A stretch of DNA of 59,505 nucleotides, taken from the NCBI GenBank assembly GCA_030950745.1, contig JAUZQZ010000024.1, positions 1-59,505 of the forward strand. Direction: 5' to 3'. The stretch comes from Mariprofundaceae bacterium (GTDB taxonomy: Bacteria; Pseudomonadota; Zetaproteobacteria; Mariprofundales; Mariprofundaceae). Positions 18,684 through 27,222 of this stretch are shown one piece after another (the stretch's first letter is position 1; each line of letters starts with the position of its first letter). The notes beneath the pieces are model-generated. The model did no database searches. It worked only from the letters and a program-made list of their open reading frames with translations, and was not told the DNA's origin. The position numbers were made by a program, and so were the translations under genes.

Positions 18684-18973
18684 AAGCGCTCCGCTAAAGC
18701 GTTGATAATAATGCGAGCCGCTACTTTACGGTTATCGACCTCATATTGGCCCTGCTCAAGCGCACCACGAATTTCCTCAATGCGTTCCAGACGCACATCA
18801 GGCATATCCGCTATCATGACTTTTGCTTTTTCCCGCAAGGCAGTGGCATCCGCAACTTGTACCCGATCGGAAGCCCCGGCAGACGCCGACGATGATGATG
18901 CCGTTCGTTTCTTTCCCCCCGCTTTCGCGGACGAAACGCCGGATGGCCGATTTGGACCGCTGATGCGCACCAT
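18677..18973 (-). CDS. flgM: Anti-sigma-28 factor FlgM
   Basis: C-terminal VRLERIEEIRGALEQGQYEVDNRKVAARII motif, 98 aa. Confidence 0.8.
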   Translation of the reverse strand: MVRISGPNRPSGVSSAKAGGKKRTASSSSASAGASDRVQVADATALREKAKVMIADMPDVRLERIEEIRGALEQGQYEVDNRKVAARIIINALAERLW

Positions 18974-18974
18974 G

Positions 18975-19466
18975 TTATCCCCCTACGTGGGTACGAGCTT
19001 TTTCAAGCTGCTGTATTTGTATATCGGAAGAATTCACATCTGCTTGAATATTACGTGTCCGGGATTCACTGTTTTGTGCCGGGGCAGGGTGGCTCAACTG
19101 TTGATAGATGCTGTTGGCAATACCAAGGCTTCCCTGTTGAGATGCCGATTTGGCTACGGCCTGATCGAACATGGCACCTTGTACATCCTCCGCAAATCCT
19201 GTTTGGATAACCCCGGAAGAAGGAATGGTTTTACGCATGGCGGATAACATTTGCTGGAACATCATCGCTTCGAATTGGCGGCTGGCCTGCCACAGGCGTT
19301 CATCCCGGTGTGTCTGCACAGGTTTTTCATTTGATGCAGCTCTATCCATCGGCAGAGTGAATTTATGAATACCCGTGGTGTGCACTGATGCCTGACGCCT
19401 TGCCGGTATTGGCTGTGGGTCTTGTTTCATGACCTGTGTGATAACGGTTTCAACCAGGTCCCTCAT
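18975..19466 (-). CDS. flgJ: Rod-binding protein (FlgJ N-terminal domain only, no muramidase domain)
   Basis: SRQFEAMMFQQMLSAMRKT...FDQAVAKSASQQGSLGIANSIYQQL. 163 aa, follows flgI. Confidence 0.75.
   Translation of the reverse strand: MRDLVETVITQVMKQDPQPIPARRQASVHTTGIHKFTLPMDRAASNEKPVQTHRDERLWQASRQFEAMMFQQMLSAMRKTIPSSGVIQTGFAEDVQGAMFDQAVAKSASQQGSLGIANSIYQQLSHPAPAQNSESRTRNIQADVNSSDIQIQQLEKARTHVGG
19020..19048 (-). promoter_or_regulatory. Sigma-28 (FliA) promoter candidate for flgM
   Basis: Minus strand TCAA-N16-CCGATAT compared with consensus TAAA-N15-GCCGATAA. Located about 40-75 nt upstream of the flgM ATG, inside the flgJ 3' end. Confidence 0.3.
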
Positions 19467-20593
19467 AACACCCTCAGTTCCGCATGGAGTGCGCCTGCGG
19501 CTTTGATTGCTTGCAAGACAGCGATCAGGTCGCTGGGTGTTGCACCAACTGAATTCAAAGCTGCCACGAGATCACTCAGGGATACTTTTTTCGGCAGCAC
19601 AACTAGTTTTGCCTTGTCTTCCTTCACTTGCAAATCCGTACGATTGACAGTCGTGGTGGTCCCGCCGGCAAATGCGTTGGGTTGTGATACTTGCGGTGTT
19701 TCCGTCACGGATACACTGATATTTCCATGGGCGACAGCTACGGTGTCAATGCGTACCTCACTACCCATGACGATAGTGCCCGTGCGCTCATCCATGACCA
19801 CCACGGCAGGGTGATCCGTGGTGAGTGTAATGCCTTCGAGTTCGGCGATGAGGGACACCGCATCGGATGCGGGGTTTTCAACCGTTACCGACCCGGCATT
19901 TAAGGCGTGCGCCATGCCATCGCCAAAATGAGAGTTGATGGCATTAGCCATGCGCTTGGCAGTAGTGAAATCGGCCTGACGGAGATTCAGGGTGATTTCA
20001 TCCTGATCATTACGCAGGGCATCCGGAGCAGATTTTTCGATATTGGCGCCATTGGGAATACGGCCTGCCGTCGGATGATTCTTGACCAGGCTGGCGCCCT
20101 TGCCGCTGGCAGTGAATCCACCAATGGAAATAGAGCCCTGTGCGATGGCATAAATCTGGCCATCACCACCCAGAAGTGGCGTGACCAGTAATGTGCCCCC
20201 CCGAAGGCTTTTGGCATCACCGAGGCTTGAAACAGTCACATCCAGCTTCTGGCCCGGTCTGGCGAAGGGGTGGAGCGTACCCGTCACCATAACGGCAGCA
20301 ATATTTTTCGGCTTGGTGCTGGCAAGACTTAGATCCTTGTTGCCACGCAGGCTTACGCCCAGTTTCTCTAGCATGGACAGGATGCTGAAGACCGAGAAGC
20401 GCGCATTGGTGGAATTGTCACCGGTACCGTTAAGGCCTACGACCAATCCATAACCAATCAGGGCGTTGTCACGCACACCTTCGATATCGGCGATATCCTT
20501 GATACGTTCGGCCGTTCCTGCTGCGGGCAGCATAAATAGCATGAGAAAGAGTATTGAAATGAGTTTTTTCAGATTTATTTTCAAAATGGCCAT
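19463..20593 (-). CDS. flgI: Flagellar P-ring protein
   Basis: RIKDIADIEGVRDNALIGYGLVVGLNGTGD and C-terminal LIAVLQAIKAAGALHAELRVL. The longest ORF reaches 20620; Met at 20593 precedes the signal peptide. Confidence 0.9.
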   Translation of the reverse strand: MAILKINLKKLISILFLMLFMLPAAGTAERIKDIADIEGVRDNALIGYGLVVGLNGTGDNSTNARFSVFSILSMLEKLGVSLRGNKDLSLASTKPKNIAAVMVTGTLHPFARPGQKLDVTVSSLGDAKSLRGGTLLVTPLLGGDGQIYAIAQGSISIGGFTASGKGASLVKNHPTAGRIPNGANIEKSAPDALRNDQDEITLNLRQADFTTAKRMANAINSHFGDGMAHALNAGSVTVENPASDAVSLIAELEGITLTTDHPAVVVMDERTGTIVMGSEVRIDTVAVAHGNISVSVTETPQVSQPNAFAGGTTTTVNRTDLQVKEDKAKLVVLPKKVSLSDLVAALNSVGATPSDLIAVLQAIKAAGALHAELRVL

Positions 20594-21282
20594 ATCTGAT
20601 CCAGTGTCCGTGAGAACCACCCTTCATGTGCTACGGTAGCCAGCTCGCCACCACCACCATAGCTGATAATAGCCTGTGCCACTTTCGAGGACGGAATGGT
20701 GTTGTCCGGACCGATATCAACCGGACGGACGATACCCTCGAAGGTTAGTTCCTGCGGCTGATGATTGATCGTGACCTGCCTGCGGCCCATCACTGCCATG
20801 TTGCCATTGGGGAACAGTCTGGTGACTACGGCGGTAACGCTGGCGGTCAGTATATCTGAATTGTTGGTACTACCCGAGCCGTCAAAGTTTTTCTCATCAC
20901 TGATGTCGAGTGCCGTTGTTGGTTTGAAGTTGGGGTTCTTTTGCGAAAGTGATGTTTCATAACCGAATACGGCGGCCAAACTGGTCTTGTGGTCAGATTT
21001 TTTGCTCTTTTTGGTCCCGAGCGAGCGGGTGGCGCTGGCCTTTTCCGAGACCAGAATGGTGACCAGATCACCTACGCGGCGCGCCTTGGCATCCGTGAAC
21101 AGGGAGGAGCTTCCCGCCCATAGCGATCCGGTTTTGTTGACGTCGGGCATGGGCTGGTTCAGAGCCTCATGGATTTCCCGGGCATGTTTGTCCGTTGTTA
21201 CGGAACTGATGCTGGGCATGCAGGCGGACAGCAGCAACGTGGCGCTGATGACTGGAATATATGATTTCAGCATGTTCATCAT
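20581..21282 (-). CDS. flgH: Flagellar L-ring lipoprotein
   Basis: Lipobox LLLSAC, SLF.D.KARRVGDLVTILV, and C-terminal GWFSRTLDQIWPF. Confidence 0.9.
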   Translation of the reverse strand: MMNMLKSYIPVISATLLLSACMPSISSVTTDKHAREIHEALNQPMPDVNKTGSLWAGSSSLFTDAKARRVGDLVTILVSEKASATRSLGTKKSKKSDHKTSLAAVFGYETSLSQKNPNFKPTTALDISDEKNFDGSGSTNNSDILTASVTAVVTRLFPNGNMAVMGRRQVTINHQPQELTFEGIVRPVDIGPDNTIPSSKVAQAIISYGGGGELATVAHEGWFSRTLDQIWPF

Positions 21283-21965
21283 GCCCCTCTCGAAATGACA
21301 CGGACGGTATGCGCGCCACTGACAGTGGCTTGCATTATCTGTTTGCTGCGTATGTTTTGTACGCGTACCGTATCTCCCAACCCCGCGGATCTAAGGGCTT
21401 TTCCTGTAGCAAATACTCGAATTCCTCCAATATGTGCAATCATCGATACTTCATCCCCACGCTTAATGAGTGGTGGCCGTTTTACATAAGAATTGAATAT
21501 GGCTTGTCCCTTCTGTAACGGGCGGGTGGTCCGGGTGCCAACGAGTTGTCGGGTATCGTTCCACCAGCGCCCTGCGTGTCCGGCAACGTCAACGAGTTTA
21601 CGGTCCAGCATAGAGGGGGTAAGCATGGCGCGGGTGGGCGTATCATTTTTTACAACTACAGCATCAGCCCACCAGTGGACCCGAACCGGCACGTACCAGC
21701 GGCGCGCATGTAGACCTGTGCCCTGTGTGGCTATCAGGGAAATTTGTACAGGATGTTTTCGTAATCTAGGCAGATGCCAGATTAAACGCCCCTTTGCATT
21801 CGGCCAGCGCTGTACGCCGATCAGTTTCGCAGTAGCACCACTCACACGCACGCCCTGTGCAAAAAATGCATCAAGCGATGCTTTCATAGGCGTATCTTCA
21901 GCCCATGCGGCTGAAGATACTCCGGTCAACAAAGCGAAAAAAAGTAATCCGGTCAGGCGCATCAC
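21279..21965 (-). CDS. flgA: Flagellar P-ring assembly chaperone
   Basis: Signal peptide and a C-terminal SAF-like segment (IKRGDEVSMIAHIGGIRVFATGKALRSAGLGDTVRVQN). Sits between flgG and flgH. Confidence 0.75.
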   Translation of the reverse strand: MMRLTGLLFFALLTGVSSAAWAEDTPMKASLDAFFAQGVRVSGATAKLIGVQRWPNAKGRLIWHLPRLRKHPVQISLIATQGTGLHARRWYVPVRVHWWADAVVVKNDTPTRAMLTPSMLDRKLVDVAGHAGRWWNDTRQLVGTRTTRPLQKGQAIFNSYVKRPPLIKRGDEVSMIAHIGGIRVFATGKALRSAGLGDTVRVQNIRSKQIMQATVSGAHTVRVISRGA

Positions 21966-22753
21966 TATCTCCGGATATTGTTAGCAGCCTGTAACATTTC
22001 GTCGGCTGCCTGAATGGCCTTGGAGTTCATCTCGTAGGCCCGTTGTGCGGCAATTAAATTCACCATTTCATCCACAGCGCTGACGTTGGATTGTTCCAGC
22101 GCGCCCTGATTAATGCTTCCTATGCCATTGGAGCCCGGCGTACCGGCAATGGGGGAACCACTGGCCTGACTTTCCTGGAAAAGACTCTGGCCGATGGCGG
22201 TGAGGCCTCCCGGATTGCTGAAATCTGATAATTGAATCTGGCCAAGATTGCTTGTAATGCCGCCGGGTTGAACGGCGGATACTGTGCCATCCGCTGAAAT
22301 GGTGACCGAAAGCGCATCATTGGGGATGGTGATAGAGGGTTGCAAGGGATAACCATCCTGAGTGACCACCTGCCCCAGGCTGTCGATACTGAAAGACCCG
22401 GCTCGCGAATAAGCCAGATCACCGCTGGGCAATTGCACTTCGAAGAAGCCCCGTCCCTGAATTGTCATGTCCATAGGATTGCCGGTTTGCTGGGCGCTGC
22501 CTTCCTCGAAAATTCGGCTCACACCGGCTGTGCGTACACCAAGTCCTATCTGTGTGCCATTGGGGAGTTCGTTTCCGGCACCATTTTGAGATCCGGGAGC
22601 CCTGATCTGTTGATACATCAAATCCTGAAAACTGGCCCGGCCCCGTTTAAAACCGGTGGTATTCACGTTGGCCAGATTGTTGGAAATCACATCCACTTTT
22701 AATGCCTGGGCCGTCATTCCCGTGGCCGCCGTCCATAGTGCTCGCATCATCAT
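21965..22753 (-). CDS. flgG: Flagellar distal rod protein
   Basis: [35 protein letters not shown] ... [23 protein letters not shown]. Confidence 0.9.
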   Translation of the reverse strand: MMMRALWTAATGMTAQALKVDVISNNLANVNTTGFKRGRASFQDLMYQQIRAPGSQNGAGNELPNGTQIGLGVRTAGVSRIFEEGSAQQTGNPMDMTIQGRGFFEVQLPSGDLAYSRAGSFSIDSLGQVVTQDGYPLQPSITIPNDALSVTISADGTVSAVQPGGITSNLGQIQLSDFSNPGGLTAIGQSLFQESQASGSPIAGTPGSNGIGSINQGALEQSNVSAVDEMVNLIAAQRAYEMNSKAIQAADEMLQAANNIRR

Positions 22754-22780
22754 AAACTCCTTTTTCGTTCCGTGTTCTTA

Positions 22781-23524
22781 TTATCCTTGAATTCGACCGA
22801 CCTGTTCACTCAGCAAAGTGGCCACACGGTTGTATTGTTCAATCAGTTTCATCATGCCCTGGGCACCGCGTGTCACACTCATCATTTCCACCATGGTCAG
22901 CACGCTGTTCACGTTAGAGCCGGTTAACTCGCCCTGGTGAACCGTGATATCACTTTCTGCAGGTGTGGTGTTATCGGCAGGCGTGGTGATGCGTGCATTA
23001 CCAATACGTTTAATTTTTGACAAATCAGAAATTTGAACGAGTCCGATATCCGCCACTTTCTTGTTGTTAACATACAAGGCACCTTGATCAGTCAGGGCAA
23101 TCTGGCCCGGTGGCAAGGTGATCGGCGACCCATCAGGGCCAAGCACGGCTTTTCCATCCTGTGTCAAAAGATTGCCATCCGGACCCAGTTTAAAGTTTCC
23201 CGCACGCGTATAAGCGGTTTCATTTTCACCGATTTTTATGTGAAACCACCCGTTACCGGTAATTGCAAAATCCAGATCGTTCCCGGTTTGATGGATATTG
23301 CCGGGACTGGTATCGACGAACGATGTCCCCTCGCTGGCATAGGCCGCAGGTGAGTGCCTTTTATCACTATACAAAGCCAGTTTTTCGGTGAGTGAGGTAC
23401 GGAATGCCATATGATTGCCCAGAAAGCCCGTGGTGTTCACGTTGGCCAGGTTGTGGGTAACGTTGTCCATCTTTTTCTGGGCGGTTTGCCCGGCTACCCC
23501 GGCAACAAAGAAACCAGTTTGCAT
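22781..23524 (-). CDS. flgF: Flagellar proximal rod protein
   Basis: Rod-family N and C termini ([12 protein letters not shown]...; ...VTRGAQGMMKLIEQYNRV), 247 aa, upstream of flgG. Confidence 0.85.
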   Translation of the reverse strand: MQTGFFVAGVAGQTAQKKMDNVTHNLANVNTTGFLGNHMAFRTSLTEKLALYSDKRHSPAAYASEGTSFVDTSPGNIHQTGNDLDFAITGNGWFHIKIGENETAYTRAGNFKLGPDGNLLTQDGKAVLGPDGSPITLPPGQIALTDQGALYVNNKKVADIGLVQISDLSKIKRIGNARITTPADNTTPAESDITVHQGELTGSNVNSVLTMVEMMSVTRGAQGMMKLIEQYNRVATLLSEQVGRIQG

Positions 23525-23574
23525 ATTTTCTCCTCAAAGCTTAGTAAGTGTTGTGTCGCACCTGTCAGAGTAAT

Positions 23575-23592
23575 CAGCATAATCAGTGCCAA
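23575..23592 (-). promoter_or_regulatory. Sigma-54 promoter candidate for flgF-flgG...
   Basis: Minus strand TTGGCACTGATTATGCTG (TGGCAC-N5-ATGC, correct GG/GC spacing) in the 107-nt gap upstream of flgF. Confidence 0.45.
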
Positions 23593-23631
23593 AGTTGGGT
23601 GATAAAAAAACGGCCTTAAATCAATACATTT

Positions 23632-23952
23632 TCATCTGTTGTTATGTTTTGGCGGAATAATTTGCCTCTCGGCGGCGGACATTTTTTCCGCCAGTCTTGC
23701 ATCGGTGCTATAAAGAAAGGTCAGCAATTCCGCAATCAGTTGATAGGCAGCCTCCGGGATTTCACTGCCTACCGGAACTTTGGTCAGCAGTTTCGCCAGA
23801 GTTTCATTCTCATGAATATGGATATCTTCCTGGCGGGCCAGCTCTAAAATATGCCGGGCAATTTCACCAAAACCTGCGGCAAGCACTCGGGGGGCGCCAT
23901 TCTTATCAGGTTCGTATTCGAGAGCCACAGCTACATCTATTTTATCCTGCAT
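23632..23952 (-). CDS. FlhB C-terminal-domain-only protein (EscU/YscU/FlhB switch-domain family)
   Basis: 106 aa. VAVALEYEPDKNGAPRVLAAGFGEIARHILELARQEDIHIHENETLAKLL aligns with the segment of FlhB directly after the NPTH cleavage site. Confidence 0.75.
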   Translation of the reverse strand: MQDKIDVAVALEYEPDKNGAPRVLAAGFGEIARHILELARQEDIHIHENETLAKLLTKVPVGSEIPEAAYQLIAELLTFLYSTDARLAEKMSAAERQIIPPKHNNR

Positions 23953-23958
23953 GACTGC

Positions 23959-24735
23959 TCATGCGCGCACCTTCGAAAAGCGGGAGGCGGTGTCCTCGGG
24001 TAGTCCGGCATGGACTTCACTTTGCAGGCCGGGGTGTTGTTTTTCCTGAGTGACAGTCCATGCCTGAATGGCGGTACGTAATTCAGACAGGATAAACTTT
24101 TCTGAAGTATGGATTGCCAAATTCCAGGATCCTGCATCCATACTGCCTTGCAGGTGAAATAGCACAGCACCCAGATGTTCAAGATCCAGGCGGCCCTGAA
24201 AACTGAAATCGTCGCCATGGCTCTCACGTAGCACCATGCCGCGATCCTGACCGTCGTTGTGATCCCGAAGCATGACGCTGTTACCTTCCGGCGCACCTGT
24301 CGCAAACCATGGGAGTGCAGTGGTATCCAGACGCGACCAACCCTGTTCATGCAATTGTGGTTGAGATGCCGGTAGTAGATGATTGGGGATGTTGTTTTGT
24401 GTGGTAGGAGAAGATGTTTTTGTGGGTGTCTTATTCTCTGTCTTTTGCAGCATATCAGCCAGGATTTCGATGGCTTGTGATGGACTTAAAATACGGAATC
24501 GGGCAGGCATATCGCGTTGAATTAACTGTAACCATACAGTGCCCATGGGTGTGGATGGTGGAATTTGTGCCATGAGGGTGAATCCGGACAGTTGAAGACG
24601 TGCGTTGCCGGGAGTTTCGACAGGCAGAAGACGAGCTGGAAGCAGGCTTCCGTTTGGCCATGGCAAGCGCAATAATGGTCCTGCCTGCGCACCTTCCACC
24701 AGGTTCAGAATTTGAGGTGTAATGATGGGAAACAC
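23959..24735 (-). CDS. Hypothetical protein with a weak FliK-C-like segment
   Basis: 258 aa with no TM. FQGRLDLEHLGAVLFHLQG resembles the Flg_hook (FliK C-terminal) core. Call is tentative. Confidence 0.35.
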   Translation of the reverse strand: MFPIITPQILNLVEGAQAGPLLRLPWPNGSLLPARLLPVETPGNARLQLSGFTLMAQIPPSTPMGTVWLQLIQRDMPARFRILSPSQAIEILADMLQKTENKTPTKTSSPTTQNNIPNHLLPASQPQLHEQGWSRLDTTALPWFATGAPEGNSVMLRDHNDGQDRGMVLRESHGDDFSFQGRLDLEHLGAVLFHLQGSMDAGSWNLAIHTSEKFILSELRTAIQAWTVTQEKQHPGLQSEVHAGLPEDTASRFSKVRA

Positions 24736-24753
24736 GGGGGATGATGTCCGGTT

Positions 24754-25197
24754 TCAGGCTGCCTGGTGTTCATGCAGTTTCAGCATGAGTTTTACCTTGG
24801 CCAGTTCAATGTCCTGGCCGGCTGCGATATCTTCGGGGGAATAGCCCTCCCGATGCATGCGCAAGACGGAGGTAATGGGCGAATTCTTCGGGGGGGGTGT
24901 TGCACGGGATTGTTTTATGGATAACGGGGTTGTTTTGGGTTCCGGACTAACAGGCCGGGGAATATCGGGGGTATGGCTTTCCCGGCGTTGTATACGCTGG
25001 ATATGAGACATGGCTTCTTCAAGATGGCGCGAGGCCTCATCCAGTTGCTCGGAGGTTGCAATCAGCAAAGCCTCAACCCGCTTTTGCCTGCGGGATGCGC
25101 GCGCCCACATGATCCACAGGCCGCCAATGGCTGTTACAATCAGCAGATTAAACAGGGTTGCCAACTCCTCGGCGGATATAAAAGATAAATCAATCAT
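24754..25197 (-). CDS. DUF2802-like single-pass membrane protein
   Basis: N-terminal TM, coiled middle, and a C-terminal HTH-like tail (REGYSPEDIAAGQDIELAKVKLMLKL), as in DUF2802 proteins found in flagellar/che clusters. Confidence 0.5.
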   Translation of the reverse strand: MIDLSFISAEELATLFNLLIVTAIGGLWIMWARASRRQKRVEALLIATSEQLDEASRHLEEAMSHIQRIQRRESHTPDIPRPVSPEPKTTPLSIKQSRATPPPKNSPITSVLRMHREGYSPEDIAAGQDIELAKVKLMLKLHEHQAA

Positions 25198-25224
25198 TGT
25201 GAATCTCCTTGTTTCATGGGCAGT

Positions 25225-25974
25225 TCAAGTTATGTCGAGACCGAGGAATCCGCGCAATCGCAGCACCATCTTCGAGTGTAATTGCGAGACGCGGGATTCG
25301 GTAAGGTCAAGAACAAGCGCTACTTCCTTCATGTTTAACTCTTCGTAGTAATAGAGGGTTAAAAGAATACGTTCGCGTGCGGACAGCATGTCGATGGCCT
25401 CCGCCAGGTGCTCCGCGAACTGATGAATAGCTGTTTGGTGTTCAGGGCGGTCAGCGGGATCACCTTCCATGGATTCGAGTACATTCAGTGCATCTTCGTT
25501 TCCGTTTATGTGGGGAAGGTCATCGAAGTAAACCACGGCCATACCACGGACATGATCCAGACGTTCACGGTATTCCTGCACATTGATACCAAGGTGTGCA
25601 GCCATTTCGTGATCCTCGGCGGGGCGCCCATGCTGCTGTTCCAGCTCCAGTAGAGCTTTTTGTAATTGCTTGGATGTATCGCGCAACCCCCGTGGCAACC
25701 AGTCGAATTGCCGCAGGTAATCAATCATGGCGCCGCGCACTCTGTAAGCGGCAAATGTTTTAAACTGGACGTCGCGGCTTCTATCAAAGCGTTGGGCGCC
25801 ATCCAATAAACCCAGAACGCCAGCATCAATCAAATCATCCATTTCCACTGAATCCGGTACCCGGCGTATCAACTGGCCAGCGTGATAACGGATCATGGGC
25901 AAATATTCATCAAGCAGGTGCTCTGCATTGTCCAGAGGTTCCGGTTCAACGGGACAGTAGGTGGCGGTGTTCAT
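25225..25974 (-). CDS. fliA: RNA polymerase sigma-28 factor
   Basis: Sigma-70 regions 2, 3 and 4 (DLIDAGVLGLLDGAQRFD; FKTFAAYRVRGAMIDYLR; LNMKEVALVLDLTESRVSQLHSKMV). Follows flhG. Confidence 0.9.
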   Translation of the reverse strand: MNTATYCPVEPEPLDNAEHLLDEYLPMIRYHAGQLIRRVPDSVEMDDLIDAGVLGLLDGAQRFDRSRDVQFKTFAAYRVRGAMIDYLRQFDWLPRGLRDTSKQLQKALLELEQQHGRPAEDHEMAAHLGINVQEYRERLDHVRGMAVVYFDDLPHINGNEDALNVLESMEGDPADRPEHQTAIHQFAEHLAEAIDMLSARERILLTLYYYEELNMKEVALVLDLTESRVSQLHSKMVLRLRGFLGLDIT

Positions 25975-26180
25975 TTCCAGTGCTCGCTGTTCTGGTTCTG
26001 TGGTGAAGGCAATAAATCATTCAGATACGCGAGCAGGATTCCCATCCATGCACCGCCGACAGCCAGTACGGCGATGCGATAGGCTGCATCAGCTACTTCC
26101 AGATCCAGGAACATGGCGATAGCAATACCGGTCAGTAGACCAATACTGATACCACAGGCTGCTGCATGGCGTGATAGCAT
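25971..26180 (-). CDS. Small two-TM membrane protein (69 aa), unknown function
   Basis: ATG overlaps the flhG stop (TAATG) and its TGA overlaps the fliA ATG (ATGA). Two clear hydrophobic helices. Confidence 0.5.
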   Translation of the reverse strand: MLSRHAAACGISIGLLTGIAIAMFLDLEVADAAYRIAVLAVGGAWMGILLAYLNDLLPSPQNQNSEHWK

Positions 26181-27049
26181 TATGTATTGACCCCCTGTGC
26201 GCTAACGGTAAGGGAGGGCTCGGATACCAATGCCTCGTTCAGGCTATGCTGCCAGAAAAATTGTAATCCGCTGCCACGGGAGGTATCACGCGGCTGTCTT
26301 ATAACGGCATCCAGTGTTTGTTGCATGGCTTTCGGGCAACCTCCGTCACGGCTTAACAGACGTTGGGCCTGGATAGCTTTTCGCACATCGCGGGATGGAG
26401 GGATATGCCCCATATAGTCTAAATGTACGTCAAGATAACGATCGGCAACGGACATCAGCCGACGAAAAGTGATTTGTGCATCAATTTCATCCGCTTGATT
26501 GACTATGACCATAAAACGATGCATATCCCGTTGTCGGGAAAGTACTTTGATCAGGGCATAGGCATCGGTTAACGATGTTGGATCAGGGGTTAGTACGATC
26601 AGTGCCGATTCAGAGGCGGATACAAAATACAAAACATTCTCTCCGATGCCTGCCGCAGTATCGATAATGACAATGTCATAGTCGCTACCTGTCACATCCA
26701 GTTCATCCAGAAGAATTTGCTGCTGATGGGGGGTTAGTCTTGTCAGTGTATGGAGTCCGGAACCTCCAGGCAGGACATCAAAACCATAATCACTATGCAC
26801 CAACACCTGGTTTAAACCGGTTTTTTCTTCCACAACCTCGCGGATTGAAGCTTTGGCTGAAATCCCCAGCATGACGTCAACGTTGGCGAGACCCAGATCG
26901 GCATCCATCAGCAGAACACGATTTCCCGTTTCAGCAGCGCGGGCAGCCAGGTGAATGGAAAAGAAAGTTTTTCCGACGCCACCTTTGCCACTGGCGACAG
27001 CAATAACCCGTGGCGATGCATTGCGCTGGTGTTCCATGTGTTCGCTCAT
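26180..27049 (-). CDS. flhG: MinD/ParA-type flagellar number regulator ATPase
   Basis: Deviant Walker A VASGKGGVGKT. ATG 27049 is preceded by AAGGAG. The longer ORF (to 27112) runs into repeat copy B. Confidence 0.85.
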   Translation of the reverse strand: MSEHMEHQRNASPRVIAVASGKGGVGKTFFSIHLAARAAETGNRVLLMDADLGLANVDVMLGISAKASIREVVEEKTGLNQVLVHSDYGFDVLPGGSGLHTLTRLTPHQQQILLDELDVTGSDYDIVIIDTAAGIGENVLYFVSASESALIVLTPDPTSLTDAYALIKVLSRQRDMHRFMVIVNQADEIDAQITFRRLMSVADRYLDVHLDYMGHIPPSRDVRKAIQAQRLLSRDGGCPKAMQQTLDAVIRQPRDTSRGSGLQFFWQHSLNEALVSEPSLTVSAQGVNT

Positions 27050-27062
27050 GCTGACTCCTTTT

Positions 27063-27222
27063 CCCGGGCTACGCATAAATACTGCCGTGCCCTTGTTTGT
27101 TCCTTTTTTCACAACGAATCCTTGCTCAGGCGCCCGTAAGTACCGCTACGATCCTCCTCGTAAAAATCTGTTGCGAACAAAGATCCGGCACAATCATCAC
27201 GGCGATTCATGCGTAGTCCGGG
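27063..27222. repeat. MITE-like palindromic repeat, copy B (160 bp, longer centre)
   Basis: Termini CCCGGGCTACGCATAAAT / ATTCATGCGTAGTCCGGG. Relative to copy A, TT->CG in the left arm is matched by AA->CG in the right arm. Shares ACTGC.G.GCCCTT..TTGTTCC and TTGCGAACAAAG...CAATCATCACGGCGATTCATG blocks with A. Confidence 0.85.

Noticed and set aside
18531-19247. Long antisense ORFs across the flagellar and LPS genes (for example 18531-19247, 1435-2178, 35234-35737, 44185-44721, 13801-14352)
   Set aside because: Each lies opposite or out of frame to a gene with clear family motifs. Their compositions (Arg/Ser/Cys/Pro-rich) are typical of non-coding frames in about 50% GC DNA.
18975-19466. FlgJ lacking the muramidase domain
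   Set aside because: Single-domain rod-binding FlgJ is the norm in many non-enteric lineages, so this is not unusual on its own.
27050-27112. N-terminal extension of the flhG ORF (MKKGTNKGTAVFMRSPGKGVS)
   Set aside because: The extension lies inside repeat copy B. The ATG at 27049 has a strong AAGGAG Shine-Dalgarno and gives a normal-length FlhG.
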